64,000 nucleotides of DNA from Octopus vulgaris (GCA_951406725.2 OX597821.1:37014001-37078000); one strand, 5' to 3'; shown: positions 11,985-25,237, counted from the stretch's first letter. A program made the numbers and translations. The notes: generated by a model not told the origin, from the letters alone.

Positions 11985-14176
11985 GCTCTAGGTTCCTCAG
12001 TAGCATGACCGGAGCTCCAATTTTGAGGTGCAGTTGATGAGGTGGTAGTCTGGAGGGGTCCAAGGAATTGAGGAATTCTGTAGGAAAATTTATGGGTTCT
12101 TCTTGGTCCACAACAGTGTCCATAGACTTGTAGGTGTGAAGTTTTCCAGGAAGGCTTCACAGTAGGTTTTCTTTGAGTTTTGCAACAAATGTGTTTATGG
12201 GAGCTAATATAGCTCTTTTGCCCAGCCAATTCAGGTTTTGGTAGTTTATGTGCAGATCGGGGAAAACAGCAGTCGTAAGGTTGTCCACAGGCATACCTAC
12301 GTGTGAGACAGCCATCTCTCCAGCTGCATCGGAGGGAGCTGTACCATCACCAACAGTGAGAAGTTGCTTGGAGAAGTCACCTGATAAGTTGTCGTCAAAA
12401 AGTCGGGCCCTCATGTTTGTTGTAAGAGTTAAAATTGTCACGTCCTGCCACAAGGAAGATAACTTAATGCAAGCCATTACAGTGTTGGCTCTGGTGTCTT
12501 TTGGAATTATGGGTAGGGTTTATCTGAAATCACCATGGGGCTAATGCAGCCCCTGATGTCTTTCAGGATCCTGTCCAGTGCTTTAGGAGATCCTTTATGT
12601 GTCATGGTGCATTCATCCAAAACAATGAGCTGGCACCTTCACAGCACTTCTGATTTGTCTGAGTCTTTTGTAATATTGCAGGTGGCTGAGTTGGACGCAG
12701 AAGGATTGAATGGGAGTTTGAAGGTTGAATGAGTCGTCCTACTCTGAAGCTACAGCTAAAGTGATCCCCTTTTGCTGGCGTACTTTTGCAAGAAGTTTAG
12801 TCACAAATGTTTTACCAGTTCCTCCTGGGGCATCTAAACAGAAAATACCTCTTTTGCATTCACAAATTGAAGCATAGACAGCACTATGTGTGCTGCTGGT
12901 CCTGAAGCAACTTTGGCTCATTTTCGTTGATGTATTGTTGAAGAGCATCAATGTCGGAGGCTGTTTCCTGAATAATGCCTGTTGGTAGTGTGTGTGAGCC
13001 TGTTCTACTAACTTTCGGTAGGCCATAAAATGAAAGGTCATTACAGCCAGCAGTAAGTAGGCTGTCTTCAATGTCGATGACTGCTCTGTTGAAGAATTCA
13101 TCATTGAAACCGACGTTCAAGTGAGGTAACAGAAGTTGTCCTTGTTGGTAGTCCTCTAAAAGATCTTCCTTGCATTTCTCCCATAAGGTTACAGGATCAA
13201 TGAGTTTGCATGTTTGCAGTAGCACTGCAAAGAGCTTTTGAAGACTTCTCACCAAGCGTATTGTAGCTGCTTCTGCCATTGTTGCATAATAGTGAGTGCC
13301 ATCTTCTAGTAGGCTGCGTTTAAGGCAGGCTTTGTGGTATGTAGCAAAAACTTCATCGTTGAAGCTTTTCAGGTCGTCAAAAAATGTCAGTCCCATGAAC
13401 TCATGCAGCAGTAGGCAAAAGTAAAACCACTCTGTTGGTTAGGGCGAACAGTGTAAACTCTTCCAAGGGTGGGGGAAGATTTTAAGTCTGGCTGTCCCTC
13501 GACGGGTTGTCCTTGTTTCCCAAATGCATGTTTTCTTTTTCCAAATGTAATATGATGGAACCTGGGGATACAGAAGGGTCTTGGCGAAGGGGTCATTGGG
13601 GTATAGTTTGAAGAAGGTGGTGAACATGGTGTCTTTGGGTTCTTGTGCCAACTGAACAGTATTAGAGCTGGAGAAGTAGACTCTCTGGCTGTTCTCAAGA
13701 TGCAAAAATTGAAAAAAAATCAGTTTTTTCACAGTTTTCTACAGTTCTTTGTTGCACAGGGATGCCTTTGGACATAGAACAGATACTTGATAGAACTACT
13801 GTGTAACTTTGCAAAATGCGAAAAATTGATTTTTTTCAAAGTTTTTCGCAATTTTCTTGGAAATCAGAGGCCCCAAGGCAGTGCCAAAATATTTGACTGA
13901 AATGTCGCAACATGATGGTCCTTTTGACACCAAAATTATAAAAATCGGACGTCCCAGTAAAAACCCTTCTCGCGTGCAACTTTTGCCTTTTTCTTTGCAA
14001 AAAGTGGGGGGATCCCTTCAGTTTTATCTATTTTTCTCTTAGAAGTGAGTATCTCTAGGCATCGGTAATGCAGCAGTGACATGCCTGGGTAAATTAGCCA
14101 TTTAATAAAAAACTTAATCGAAATCAGATGAAAAAAAGCATACACATACAGTCATTTTGAGTTTTATAGATATAGA
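11985..14176 (-). mobile_element. Degenerate, internally deleted autonomous Helitron (Rep/PIF1 helicase remnant)
   Basis: Frameshifted PIF1 motifs LDAPGGTGKTF, LTTNMRA, RAILAP.N and [20 protein letters not shown]. 5' end A|TCTATATCTATAAAA at 14176; 3' end not found. Confidence 0.85.
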
Positions 14177-15905
14177 TTAAACAATTTTAGTTGAGGGAGA
14201 TAACCAACAGTATCGATATTTCTCATTTTTAATGGGGGTGAGATACCCAAACAGTTCCAGTGTTTTGTGGCATATTAAGAAGTCACCGTAATTCATTCAA
14301 CAACAAAAAATAAATTTCCAATGATTCCAGGATGGGAGGAGAGGAAGGTTTCCTATCCACCCTATATTCCAAAGAAAAATTAAACGGTTTGCGGTACATT
14401 AGGAGGTCAAGGTACTTGATTCCATGCAAAAAATCCGCGTTTTTTTTTCCTTTTTCTTAGAGCGGCTTTTAATATAGTACAAACATGAATATATATGTTT
14501 TATGTTTTTACGAATCGCTTATGTTTATGCATTTTTGTTTGTATGTGTTTATGCGCATGTATGTATATTCGTATATGTATGCATGCCTGCATGGTATGTA
14601 TGTAGAGGTCTGTGTGTAAGCTGAAAAACTAAGTAAAGAAATAAAAATGTTTTACGGAAGTTGCCGAACATATAGTTAAACTTTCTCGAGACCCAAACCG
14701 ATTGATTGTCAATTTACATTGGTACAATGTGTCGTCCAACTTTTTTTACTTTTTTTAAATGTAGTGATGTAGTTTAAGGAAGATTTTATTACTATTTCTA
14801 GCAGATCGGAAGACGACGTCAAGGTTTCGTGTGCTGTACTCATAAGGACAAACAGTCAGAGCTTTCGGTATGTTTGGTAATCGAAGATTCGATCGGGTAA
14901 AGTTACATAATTTTAAGTGCTTGAATTGTTTTCCTTTTTCAGAGATGCAGCACGGATTTTTGTCAGTGAACAGGTCGCGGTCTTAAAGCGACGAAAATAT
15001 TTTGACAAATTAAACTTAAATGTTGAAGTGAATCGAACGGCTTTTGTGTGTTTCTTAAATAGCTTACAAACACCTTCCACGCTGCAATTGTTTTCGTTTC
15101 AGCACACGATCTCAGATCAAATCACTTGCTATGCAAGTACATCTCCGTAATTTTTCATTTTTAATTTTTGAAACGAAAAAAATGAATGCGATTTTCATCA
15201 TCAGCATAAAGACTATGTTACAACTACATGTTTTGAAAAAACCTCAAGTGGTTAGAAGAATTGTCTAACGTTAATGTCCAGCGGCTTACCGGTGGCGGAA
15301 CACTGCTTTAAAACATGATAGTAAATGGGGAAAATTACTTTCGTATTACGATACTTCCCGTTAAGACAATATTTTCAAAAACGTATTACTTCAGTAACGC
15401 GGATTGCACTGTGCGTGTGTGAGTAATTTAGTCGCAACACTTTTTTTTTGGCTACTTTAAAAAAAAAATTTGAACTGAAGAGTATGAAATTCTGTTCGGC
15501 TGAATATTATATTTCTTCAAGACAGTTTTATTTTAAAATAAAGGACTCCCTTTCCCAAATGTGATATAAAATAAAAATTAGAAACCAAAAATTATATCAT
15601 GTTAATCTAGACCGTGATCATCCCCTGGTTTGCAAAAAAAAAAAGCCAAGACAGCATTTTGAAGATAGGGAAAACTAGAAAAATAAATAAAGAGAAAATA
15701 TGTGTGAAACTGGGATCCAATAATTAGAAAAAGGACAATTAATGCTAAAGAAATAATATGGGAAGAGATAAAGGAACAGGTATCCGAAGGCGAATAAGGG
15801 AAACTGAGATGATTATAAGAGTGGGAATGCTTCCACAGCCAAAATATCTGGAAAAAAGAAATCTCAAGCACCACCATACATAATTGAAGCAAATAAAAAT
15901 ATTAC

Positions 15906-15975
15906 CAAATACTGATCGTGCAGCTCTTTCTGCAGCCGTGAGAGGAGGATTAGGCTGTTGTAATAGCGTCGCCAT
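15906..15975 (-). CDS. CSTF2: Cleavage stimulation factor 64 kDa subunit, coding exon 1 (MATLLQQPNPPLTAAERAARSVF)
   Basis: ATG at 15975 and GTAAT donor after 15906. 70 nt, phase 1; joins exon 2 to give the RRM RNP2 motif SVFVGNIPY. Confidence 0.92.
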
Positions 15976-16110
15976 TGTTGAAATAATGAGAAGCAATGGT
16001 AGTTTCGTATCATTTTTCACGTCAATTCAGTTATCAATTCTATCTTTAAAATATGTAGGGAAGTCTTTTGCAAATACGCATTTTAGATTTATAAGGATAG
16101 TTTTAAATTA

Positions 16111-16126
16111 AATAATAATAATGATG

Positions 16127-16173
<47 letters not shown>

Positions 16174-16202
16174 TGAAAACTGCCGCTCAAAAGGAAAAGA
16201 TT

Positions 16203-16239
<37 letters not shown>

Positions 16240-16263
16240 TCACAACAACAATAACAACAATAA
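16111..16263. repeat. (AAT)n/(AAC)n microsatellites immediately upstream of CSTF2
   Basis: Direct reading of two AAT/AAC tracts. Confidence 0.9.
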
Positions 16264-16661
16264 TCTTTTTTACTCTAGGCACAAGGCCCGAAATATATGG
16301 GGAGGGGGCAGTCGATGAGATCGACTCCAGTACGCTACTGGTACTTAATTTATCGACCCCCGAAAAGATGAAAAACAAAGTCGACCTCGGCGGAATTTGA
16401 ACTCAGAACATAAAGACAGACGAAATACCTATTTCATTACTACCCACAAGGAGCTAAACAGAGAGAGGACAAACAAGGACAGACAAAGGGATTAAGTCGA
16501 TTACATCGACCCTAGTGCGTAACTGGTACTTATTTAATCGACCCCGAAAGGATGAAAGGCAAAGTCGACCTCGGTGGAATTTGAACTCAGAACGTAGCGG
16601 CAGACGAAATACCGCTAAGCATTTCGCCCGACGCGCTAACGTTTCTGCCAGCTTGCCGCCT
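16264..16661 (-). mobile_element. tRNA-derived SINE with internally duplicated body
   Basis: Reverse complement begins ggcggcaagctggcagaaacgttagc (A box) and contains gagttcaaattcc (B box). Same family as 31774, 42092 and 52158. Confidence 0.8.
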
Positions 16662-16676
16662 TAATAACAATAATCT

Positions 16677-17211
16677 GTACCAGGCAGTGACTCTCGTGGC
16701 TTCTGATCTTAAATGACTGGAAGTGTTATCGTGTTGTCTTGGTGTAAAAGATGGGCTACAGCAAATATTCTGCTCAATGCCACAGATTTGCTTGTCAGTT
16801 GTTTGACCATAACCAGTTGAGCATGTCTCTTAGTGGCTGACGATATGTGCATCTCTGATCCTGAGCAGAAGTAGTGGGGGAGCATCATAGCCATGTGTCG
16901 AAAGGAATTCTTTGGGGTTTGGATAATTCACCTCTGGAAACATGGGTGGTTTGTTCAAAATTCTTAAACAACCCTTATTCAGGGACCTTTTAAGCGGGAT
17001 ATGCTACTCATCTAGAAGAAAATTCTAGCTGGACCTCCACCTGCAAGGTCATGCGCTGTTAATATTGATATCAGATCACCACGTCACGCACATATGGTTG
17101 TGATGCATGTGCCTGGTGTACTCTTATCAGACGGGTATTCATGATGGGTATACAAGGCTTCGTATATTTTACCCTAGTGTCACTTTGATGGCATGCACTG
17201 CTCTCTCACTC
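16677..17211 (+). repeat. Copy 1 of ~550-bp non-coding interspersed repeat ending in ctctctcactc(aat)n
   Basis: Colinear with copies at 21168-21431, 21517-22073 and 29841-30369(-). Confidence 0.85.
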
Positions 17212-17861
17212 AATAATGATGATGATGATGATGATGATGATTTCTCCTTTTGTGCCACCAGGGCGAAGGATGAGGAGACAATACAAAGACAGACAAAGCG
17301 TGGGTGGTTTACATATAATGGAATGATAAAATAGAAAGTATACAGGTATACATTAGAAGGGAAGTATACATAGTATATGACACTAGAAAAAGAGGGGAAA
17401 AAAGGATCGCGATGGGTTCCCCCTGATTCAAGAAACCCCACCAAGATCATCCTGAGTACCAAGGACGAGATCCCCCTTCGACTTCTTTCTTCCGACTCAT
17501 AGGTCTACACTGAGAGTGGTACCATTCACTCTTGCTATTTTTGCAACTTTCTCCCACCTTTTGATAAATTCCCTCGAGGATAGCACCTCTCTCTCAACCC
17601 CCACTTTCCTTTTCAAGTGAAACTTGAAAATGTCGATGAGGGCTTTACCAAAGAAGAAAGTTTCTGTCTTCATTCTTTTCAGCCTCGTTCACCAGATAAC
17701 CTTTTTCGCCACAGCCACCAGACAAAGGAAAACTAATTTGCCAGCCCGATTAAAGGAGGGTGGCAGGGCAATCGTCATTATGGACTCGAACTACAGACGG
17801 ATCTGTCCTACACACAACAGCAGCTGTTCAACATAACTCCACAAGTCAGCAATGCCCGGAC

Positions 17862-18513
17862 GCGAAATTTGTTTCCCACGAGAGTTCTGGACCCCAGTTA
17901 TGAACTCATTTGCTTACAGCCAATCAGAGTTCAACTATCAAACTAATGTCCACCTAGTCACGAAAATACTCTGGTTGAGTTCAGTGGAAAATGTGCGTTA
18001 TAGCAAAATCCAACTGTTCTAAACGGGTTAATAGGGGTGATAAATGTGAAATCTAGTGTATAAAGTGAATGGAGAGCTGCTCACCGATGATGCCATAAGT
18101 ATTGCCAATTTCCGTAATTTACTAGAAAATGTAAAGGAGTGTAGTTTCCTAATTTTTTGACTGATTTTGTACATTCTTAATTTTAAATGTTGGTGTTGAT
18201 CAGGAAACATCAATATGGTGTTGTGTCGTATTGCGCCCGCCTTGCATACATCAATGAGTACATGCAGTATTCGTCTCAGTCTGAGCATAGGTATCTGATG
18301 TTAACTCCATATAGAGATCTATGAGGATGGTGGGGGATGTGTTGCTTATGTGAGACCTGCTATGCTGCACTCACAGAGTGGCATACACCATTCCGTACCT
18401 GACTGGCTGTACTGTAGTACACAGTATGTGGAATTTCAAGGTGAGCTCTGATTGGCTGTATGCAAATGAGTTCATTACTGGGGTCCGGTACTCTCGTAAG
18501 AAAAAAGTTTCTC
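17862..18513. mobile_element. Mutator-like (MULE) non-autonomous element, 652 bp
   Basis: Perfect 9-bp TSD tgcccggac (17853-17861 and 18514-18522) and ~75-bp imperfect TIRs starting with G. Confidence 0.85.
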
Positions 18514-19012
18514 TGCCCGGACACTGAACGAATGCATGCAGATCAGTTTCGCCGCTCTGCGAGCACCTCGGACAAGACATCTGGAAATTATCCATAACAG
18601 TCCCCGACGACTGGAAAGTCCTCCGGAATAGACTTGCCAATTCGTCTTCGTCGACGCCTAGGGTCTCCCCGAGGACGTCGTCGTACTTTCCCACTACTAA
18701 TCCTCTGTAAATATCTCAAGTGGAACATCCAAGTGAGCGCCTAACGACATTCTAAGTGCCAGGCGCCTCTTTTTCTTTCCTTTTTTCCAACTACAGGCTT
18801 ATGCTCAGGACAGGCCCGTTCACTAGCACCATTCTTGCCACTTTCACCCACTTTTGAGAAAAGTGGCTAGAAGACAAAACTTCCCTCTCTACTCTTATTT
18901 TCCTTTTCAAGTGAAACTTGAAGTTGATCAGGGGTTGGCCAAAGAGAAAAGTGTTTCTCATCAGCCCCTTCAGTTTCGTCCACCATACAACCTCTTTCGC
19001 CATGGCCACCAG

Positions 19013-19444
19013 CAGCGCTGGATTAACCATTAAGCAAAATAAGCACATCATTTTCCCTCTTACTGCAGCGCTGGATTAACCATTAAGCAAAATAAGCACG
19101 TGCCTAGGGCATCAAGGGAAGTAGGGAGCATCAGAGAAATGGTAAATGGTTTACGGCACAAAAGAAATCACTTTAAACTAACTAAAATAATATTCAGGAT
19201 GTCTTTACCTCTACTAAGCATAAATGCAAATGTGTTACCTAAAGTTAATTTTGAGGATCTGATCAAAGACTTTGCAATTCAAAAAGGTAAGAAGAAACTT
19301 TTCAAATATAAAGTGGAAGTATATAAAAATAAACATCATTTTCCCTCTTACTGTTTTGTTTCGTTTTGAAATTACGTAATCTTCTATGGGGATACCAAAA
19401 TCTTTTACGTGCATAGGGCTTCGATGGATCTTAATCCGGCCCTG
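19013..19444 (+). mobile_element. hAT-derived non-autonomous element
   Basis: TIRs cagcgctggattaa / ttaatccggccctg and 8-bp TSD gccaccag/gccaccaa. Carries a hAT dimerisation-domain tail (LSINANVLPKVNFEDLIKDFAIQK). Confidence 0.8.
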
Positions 19445-21112
19445 GCCACCAAGCATATAAACACAGCCTTTCTTCCCAGTTAAAGGAAGGCGGAGAAGCG
19501 ATCTTCACGATGGATTTAGTTGACAGCCGGATCCGTCCCACAAACGCCAGTGGGTGTTCGGTATAAACCCACAGGTCAGCAATGCTCGGGAACTGGACGA
19601 ATACAAGCAGGACCGTCTCGTCGTCTTGAGCGCATCTCGAACATGCTCGGCTGACGGCTCTTCTGTGCTTGTAAAGTTTATATCGAACAGGCAAGGCTTT
19701 CGGTAGCACTACCAGACCAGAAATGTTTGGAAATTATCCATCGGTCCCGGGCCAAAAAGTTCTCCGGAAAAGAGCGGCTGATGTTCGACGTAATCAGAAG
19801 GTGACCGGGACAAGGCATGACGGTTAAGCAATAGTAGATGACAGACGCGATATACGGGTCAGCCACCTCTGCCGACCTTTCGGGGATAGCTTTCTCTCGG
19901 CTCATTTCTGAATAAGATTAGTCACCCTGCTCGTTATCTCGTCCCAGGTTTTGTCCATCTGGAGATTCGGGTCGAACCAGACTTAGGACAATTTAAACGG
20001 TTCGCCCGTCCAGCGCCCAATGACGCAGTTGGACGACATGGACTTGTTTCTCCAGGTGCCGAGCAGCAAGCCCACTGATTTTTCCTGGTTAATCATCGCT
20101 CCTGAAACCGCCTAGTAGTCCCTGAGTGTGTTGCCGGTCATTTCTATGTTTTTGATTCGATACCACTAAGATGACGTCATCAGTATATTCCGACATGCAT
20201 CTCTCACATCCTAGGTCATGCGGGATGTCTCTCAACGCCTCCAGTTTGGGTAGTAGTGACTCGAAACTCAGTACATACAAGAGAGACGATAGGGGGCAAC
20301 CTTGCCGACCCGATCGCATTATGTTAAACGGCTCTGAGAGGTGACCGTTCACTCTGACCACTGAACAGATGTCGCTGTGCATTGCAGCGATCCAGCCCCT
20401 AAATACAGACCCGAAGCCAAGTGCTTCGAGGGCCGCCAGGTATAGATGGTCGACCCTACCGAAAGCTTTAGACTGATCTAAATTGATCAGGGCCCCACTG
20501 GTGCCAATTTCTTTAGCTACTTTCTCAATGATGTATCGCATGAGGTGGAGGTTGTCGTGGATGATCTTTTCGGGATGGCACATGTCTGTGCCTCCCTTAC
20601 CAGATCCCCGACGACAAGCGCCAACCTCGTAGCTAACACCTTGGCCAAAATTTTGAACTCTGCATTCAGCAGAGTTATAGGCCTAAAGTTGTCAATACAA
20701 CCCACCCTTGTTCAGGTCTTTTCTCAGCAACTCCACAGCTCCTCGACCAACAAAACTGGGAATTCTCTCGTTCCGCTGCTAGTTGCAGTTAACGTTTGCT
20801 AAGAGGTCGCCGAACAAGTCTGGCATGTAAACGTAAAGATCGTAGGGCAGACCATCCAAACCAAGTGATTTGCTCATCGTGCAGATAGCCATTGTTTCCC
20901 GTATTTCAAAGGCTGCTATCGGCCTTTCGCAGCGCTCCGCCTCCGTCGCCGAGAGCCGCGGCAACCAGTCGAGATAGGACGTGAAATCTATCCTGCGACC
21001 CGGCTCACTGCTGCTCCCGAACAGTTGAGCGAAGCGCCGCTGAAAGGCCGCACACATCTGTCTTGGATCAGTTATCATTTGCCCGTCGTGGTCCAGCAAA
21101 GATCGGATCGTG

Positions 21113-21438
21113 GATAATAATAATAATGATAATAACATCGAAAATACCTTCGGAATGAGAACCCAGGTGTTTAGTTGAACATTCTTAAACCACCTTTATT
21201 CAGGGACCTTTTGAGCGGGACGGGTTACTTGGCCAGAAGAAAATTCTAACTGGTCCCCACCTGCAAAGTCATGTGCTGTTTATCTTGATATGAGATCACC
21301 ATGTCGCGCACATGTGGTTGTGATGCATGTGCCTAGTGTACCCTTATCACACGGGTAGTCATGATGGATGTAATAGGCTTCGTATATTTTACCCCAGTGT
21401 CACTTTGATGGCATGCACTGCTCTCTCACTCACTAATG

Positions 21439-21519
<81 letters not shown>

Positions 21520-22073
21520 GCCCTGATGCAGTACCAGACAGTGGCTCTCATGGCTTCTGATCTTAACTGATTGGAAGTGTCATCATGTACATTGTTTTGT
21601 CTTGGTATAAAAGATGGGCTACAGCAAATATTCTGCTCAATACCACAGATTTGCTTGTCAGTTGTTTGACCTTAACCAGTTGAGCATGTCCCTTAGTGGC
21701 TGACGATATGTGCATCTCTGATCATGAGCAGAAGTAGTGGGGGAGCATCATAGCCATGTGTTGAGAGGGATTCTTTGGGGTTTGAATAATTCACCTCTGG
21801 AAACATGGGTGGTTCTTTCAACATCCTTAAACAACCCTTATTCAGGGACCTTTTGAGCGGGATAGGCTACTCGACCTGAAGAAAATTCTAACTGGGCCCC
21901 ACCTGCAAGGTCATGCGCTGTTTACCTTGATATGAGATCACCATGTCGTGCACATATGGTTGTGATGCATGTGCCTGGTGTACCTTTATCAGACGGGTAG
22001 TCATGATGGGTATATTGGGCTTCGTATATTTTACCCTAGTGTCACTTTGATGGCATGAACTGCTCTCTCACTC

Positions 22074-22120
<47 letters not shown>

Positions 22121-22281
22121 CAACAACAACATCGAAAAATACGTTACGAATGAGAACCCAGGTTCGAAATTTTCCCAAGACACCTGAAGAAGGCTGGAAT
22201 GTATATCATCCGAAATGTTGTGTTAACAAGAAACAAGATGAAGACAAATATCCGTCGAATGTAAATATTGTAAATAATGTA
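21113..22281 (+). repeat. Partial tandem of the ~550-bp non-coding repeat family, separated by (AAT)n, with a hammerhead-bearing terminal module
   Basis: Order: module start (acatcgaaaatacc..gagaacccagg) 21134-21167, body 3' half 21168-21431, (AAT)n, full body 21517-22073, (AAT)n, full module 22129-22281. Confidence 0.8.
22179..22224 (+). ncRNA. Minimal type I hammerhead ribozyme motif (slightly decayed)
   Basis: Stem I acac/gtgt; CTGAAGA 22184-22190; stem II ggctg/catcc with one mismatch; GAAA-tg-TT, consistent with CpG decay of palindromic GAAACGTT. Confidence 0.65.
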
Positions 22282-22283
22282 CA

Positions 22284-22558
22284 AGATTATAGATATTGCA
22301 ATGCCTGGGGATGCATGCATATAGGACAAAGAACTAGAAAAGATTGAAAAGTACAGACTACTAAAAGACGAAATTGCAAGAATGTGAACTATGAGGAGAG
22401 TGTTTGTCATTCCAGTAGTTGTAGGGGAACTCAGAGCAATAACAACCAAGTTCGAGATATATGTCAGAGAAATCGGAACTGACATGAGAGCAGAGCAAGC
22501 CCTCAAAACCGCGCTGCTGAAGGCAGCTAGGATTTTAAGATAGGTACTTGAATGTTGA
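22284..22558 (+). mobile_element. R4/Dong-like (RLE) LINE 3' fragment
   Basis: Translates to IIDIAMPGD...KELEKIEKYRLLKDEIARM...VIPVVVG, a restriction-like endonuclease tail. Confidence 0.7.
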
Positions 22559-22571
22559 ATGTCTCCCACTG

Positions 22572-22622
<51 letters not shown>

Positions 22623-22624
22623 AT

Positions 22625-24480
22625 ACACAGGTTAGATTAATATGCCCCAATAAGTCAGATTTAGGTAAGCTCAGTAAAGCAATCTTGGATAGGTATATAA
22701 CTACCCTTATGAAGAAGATAAAACTCGAGTTATGGACAAATACCTAAAGCTCAATAGGATGGTTCTCTAACACAAAACATGAGGATAAACATAAATTTTT
22801 GCAAATTGACATTCAGAATTATTACTCCTCCATAAACCCCATTATTCTAAAAAGTGCGCTCATTTTTGCTAAGAACTTTACAAAGATCAGTAGAAAAAAA
22901 ATCAACGTAATCCTCACGACCGTAAGTTCATTATCGAATTTGATAAGAAGTTGTGGGCTAGAAAGGACACCCCTGATTTCTTTAATATAACCATGGGATC
23001 TCCTGATTCTGCGGAGGTGACCAACCTTGTGGGAATTTACCTTTTAGACAACATCAATAAAGAATTCCCTGAATTTGAGGGAGACCTCTATAGAGATGAC
23101 ACACTTTTTCTTTTTAGAAATGTCTCTAATAGACGCCTTGAACATCTGAATAAATTTTTTTGTTAAATTCGGCCTCTCTATTACTATGCAAAATGAAAAC
23201 TACTCTATCAACTACTTTGATGTTAATTGTGATTTAAATACGAGTTTACACCAACCTTATATGAAACCAAAGTATATAAACTATTACAGTAACCATCCAC
23301 AATCAGTAAAAAGAGCTCCAATAAGAAGCATTGGCAAAAGGATTTCCTACCTCTCCTTTAACGAGGTCTTATTTAATAGTCATAAGAATAAGTATGATAA
23401 GGCTATAAAGTTAGAATCAAATATATCCCACACGAGCATGCAATGAATAGAAGTAGTAACGACTATATTAACCGCAACAGTATAGTACATGGCCATATAC
23501 CTAAGCGATGTAATAAAGTACAGGGAACTACAACTAATGACGCTAATATGATTAGATTAGCAATAATATGTGTAACTACAAAAATAACAGAAACGCAATG
23601 GGTGGAACAACGTGAGTAAATGGACGAATGATAAATAATGCTAATAAACGCACTAACCATGAAGACTACAATAAAAAACACGTCGTAGCAACTCTATATA
23701 CTACTGGTGCAAATCTAGTCACAACACCACTAATGGCTGTATAAATGAGTAGAGCATTGATAATAGAAGTAATGGTATTATACGTATACACGATATAAAA
23801 CATCCTAACGTGTAAACATGTGTCACCCGATGAGACCACTGGTAAATCGGGAGACCCTAACCCTTTTGCGATGCAAATAAGGGCCAATTTAGTTAAACAA
23901 ATATTTAACGGTATAAATAAGCACTTTGATAAGAATGATAGGTATTCAAAACTTACAAATAGTAGAATAATTAGGATAAGTTATAGTCTTACGCATTACT
24001 TAGCAACCATCATATCCTCCCTGAATAATAAAAAATTAAATATTTTCTACTTAAATAGAAGCAACGATAGCGGTAATAGTAGGAATAAAAACAATAAACA
24101 CTACTCCAATCTTAGTAAAGGATACACTCAGAACCATAATGATCCTATCAATTTCATTAGACTCAGCTCTACCCCGCTAGAAAGCAATTTCCCACTACAG
24201 TACAGTCTATGTGACTGTAGGAATAGGGAGAATTATGTCCTTGGAAATACCTATAGAATTAAGGACGTAATTTACAAATGCACTGTTACAACATAGTTGT
24301 GTAAAATGAGTTACATAGGAGCTACCCAAAATGAGATGAAACGTAGACAAGAGACACATCAACATTCTTTTAGAAATAGAAACAGAATTAACTCGACTGG
24401 ATTAAGTAAGTATATTTGGGAACTCAAAGATAGTGATATTAGCTTCACATTAGAATGGGAGATCTTTACTACTATACCTA
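22625..24480 (+). mobile_element. Penelope-like element (PLE) RT plus C-terminal GIY-YIG endonuclease, pseudogenised
   Basis: VRLICPNKSDLGKLSK, DIQNYYSSI, FNITMGSPDSAEVTNLVG, LYRDD and YINYYSNHP motifs. GIY-YIG region: VIYKCTVT..SYIGAT..KRR..H.HSF..STGLSKYIWELK. Confidence 0.88.
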
Positions 24481-25237
24481 TAAAGTGGAATTTTCTTAGG
24501 TATGCGTACACATTTACTTGTTTGTTCATTATTACCACCACTCGAATTTTTATTTGCTATTTAGGATGTAAAATCCAACATTATTGTAGTATGACTTATT
24601 TATAGTATTTTGTTTGACTGTATTTATCTATTTATTTATTCTTATTTATGTTAAGTCGAGAAGTTGCAGAAGGCCATAAGCGGCCTCGTACATCTTGTAT
24701 CATAGTCTTCTCCCTCGCACCCTATATTTACTTCTTTTTCTTTTTCTTTTTTATTTACATATCCATTGAAATGGTTTTAACTTTTGCCCTTGGTTCAAAT
24801 ATAATTGACCAATTATAGAGATGGATAGACTTCGGTCTATCCCATTGCGGACAACAAGTAGTGTTCTCTATAATATTCCAGTAAGTACACTATCATAAGA
24901 ACCTTACGGTATTGCTTTGGCAAAATATCAGCTAGAGATTTTTACGATAATATAGGTACTGCTCTCTTTCTAGACATGTCAGTAATTTTCTTGTATTGTT
25001 TTTTGCTAACCTCTCTTCACAACTTTTAAAAGATTTTGGTTCCCCCTTTATATGGAAATAACCCGAAATTTTTTTCCCTAGACCATTGCTCAATCCTTCT
25101 TTTGCCTACTGACTTCGAAGCCCTATCATGGAAGATTGTATGATTTTAATATATTAGGCCTCCAGGCTTCTTCTCTAGGATATGTTTTCTTTCCTATTCC
25201 CTCTTCCTCTTGTTTAGTTTTTGGACGCTTTTGTATT

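Larger units (their letters stand above)
17240..21112 (-). mobile_element. Tx1/L1-clade LINE ORF2 remnants (two 3'-end copies), interrupted by MULE and hAT MITEs
   Basis: KSLGLDGLPYDLY, DNFRPITLLNAEFKILAKVLA, LDQSKAF, RQGCPLS and YTDD motifs, plus a C-terminal CxxC..ET..H zinc knuckle seen twice. Confidence 0.85.
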
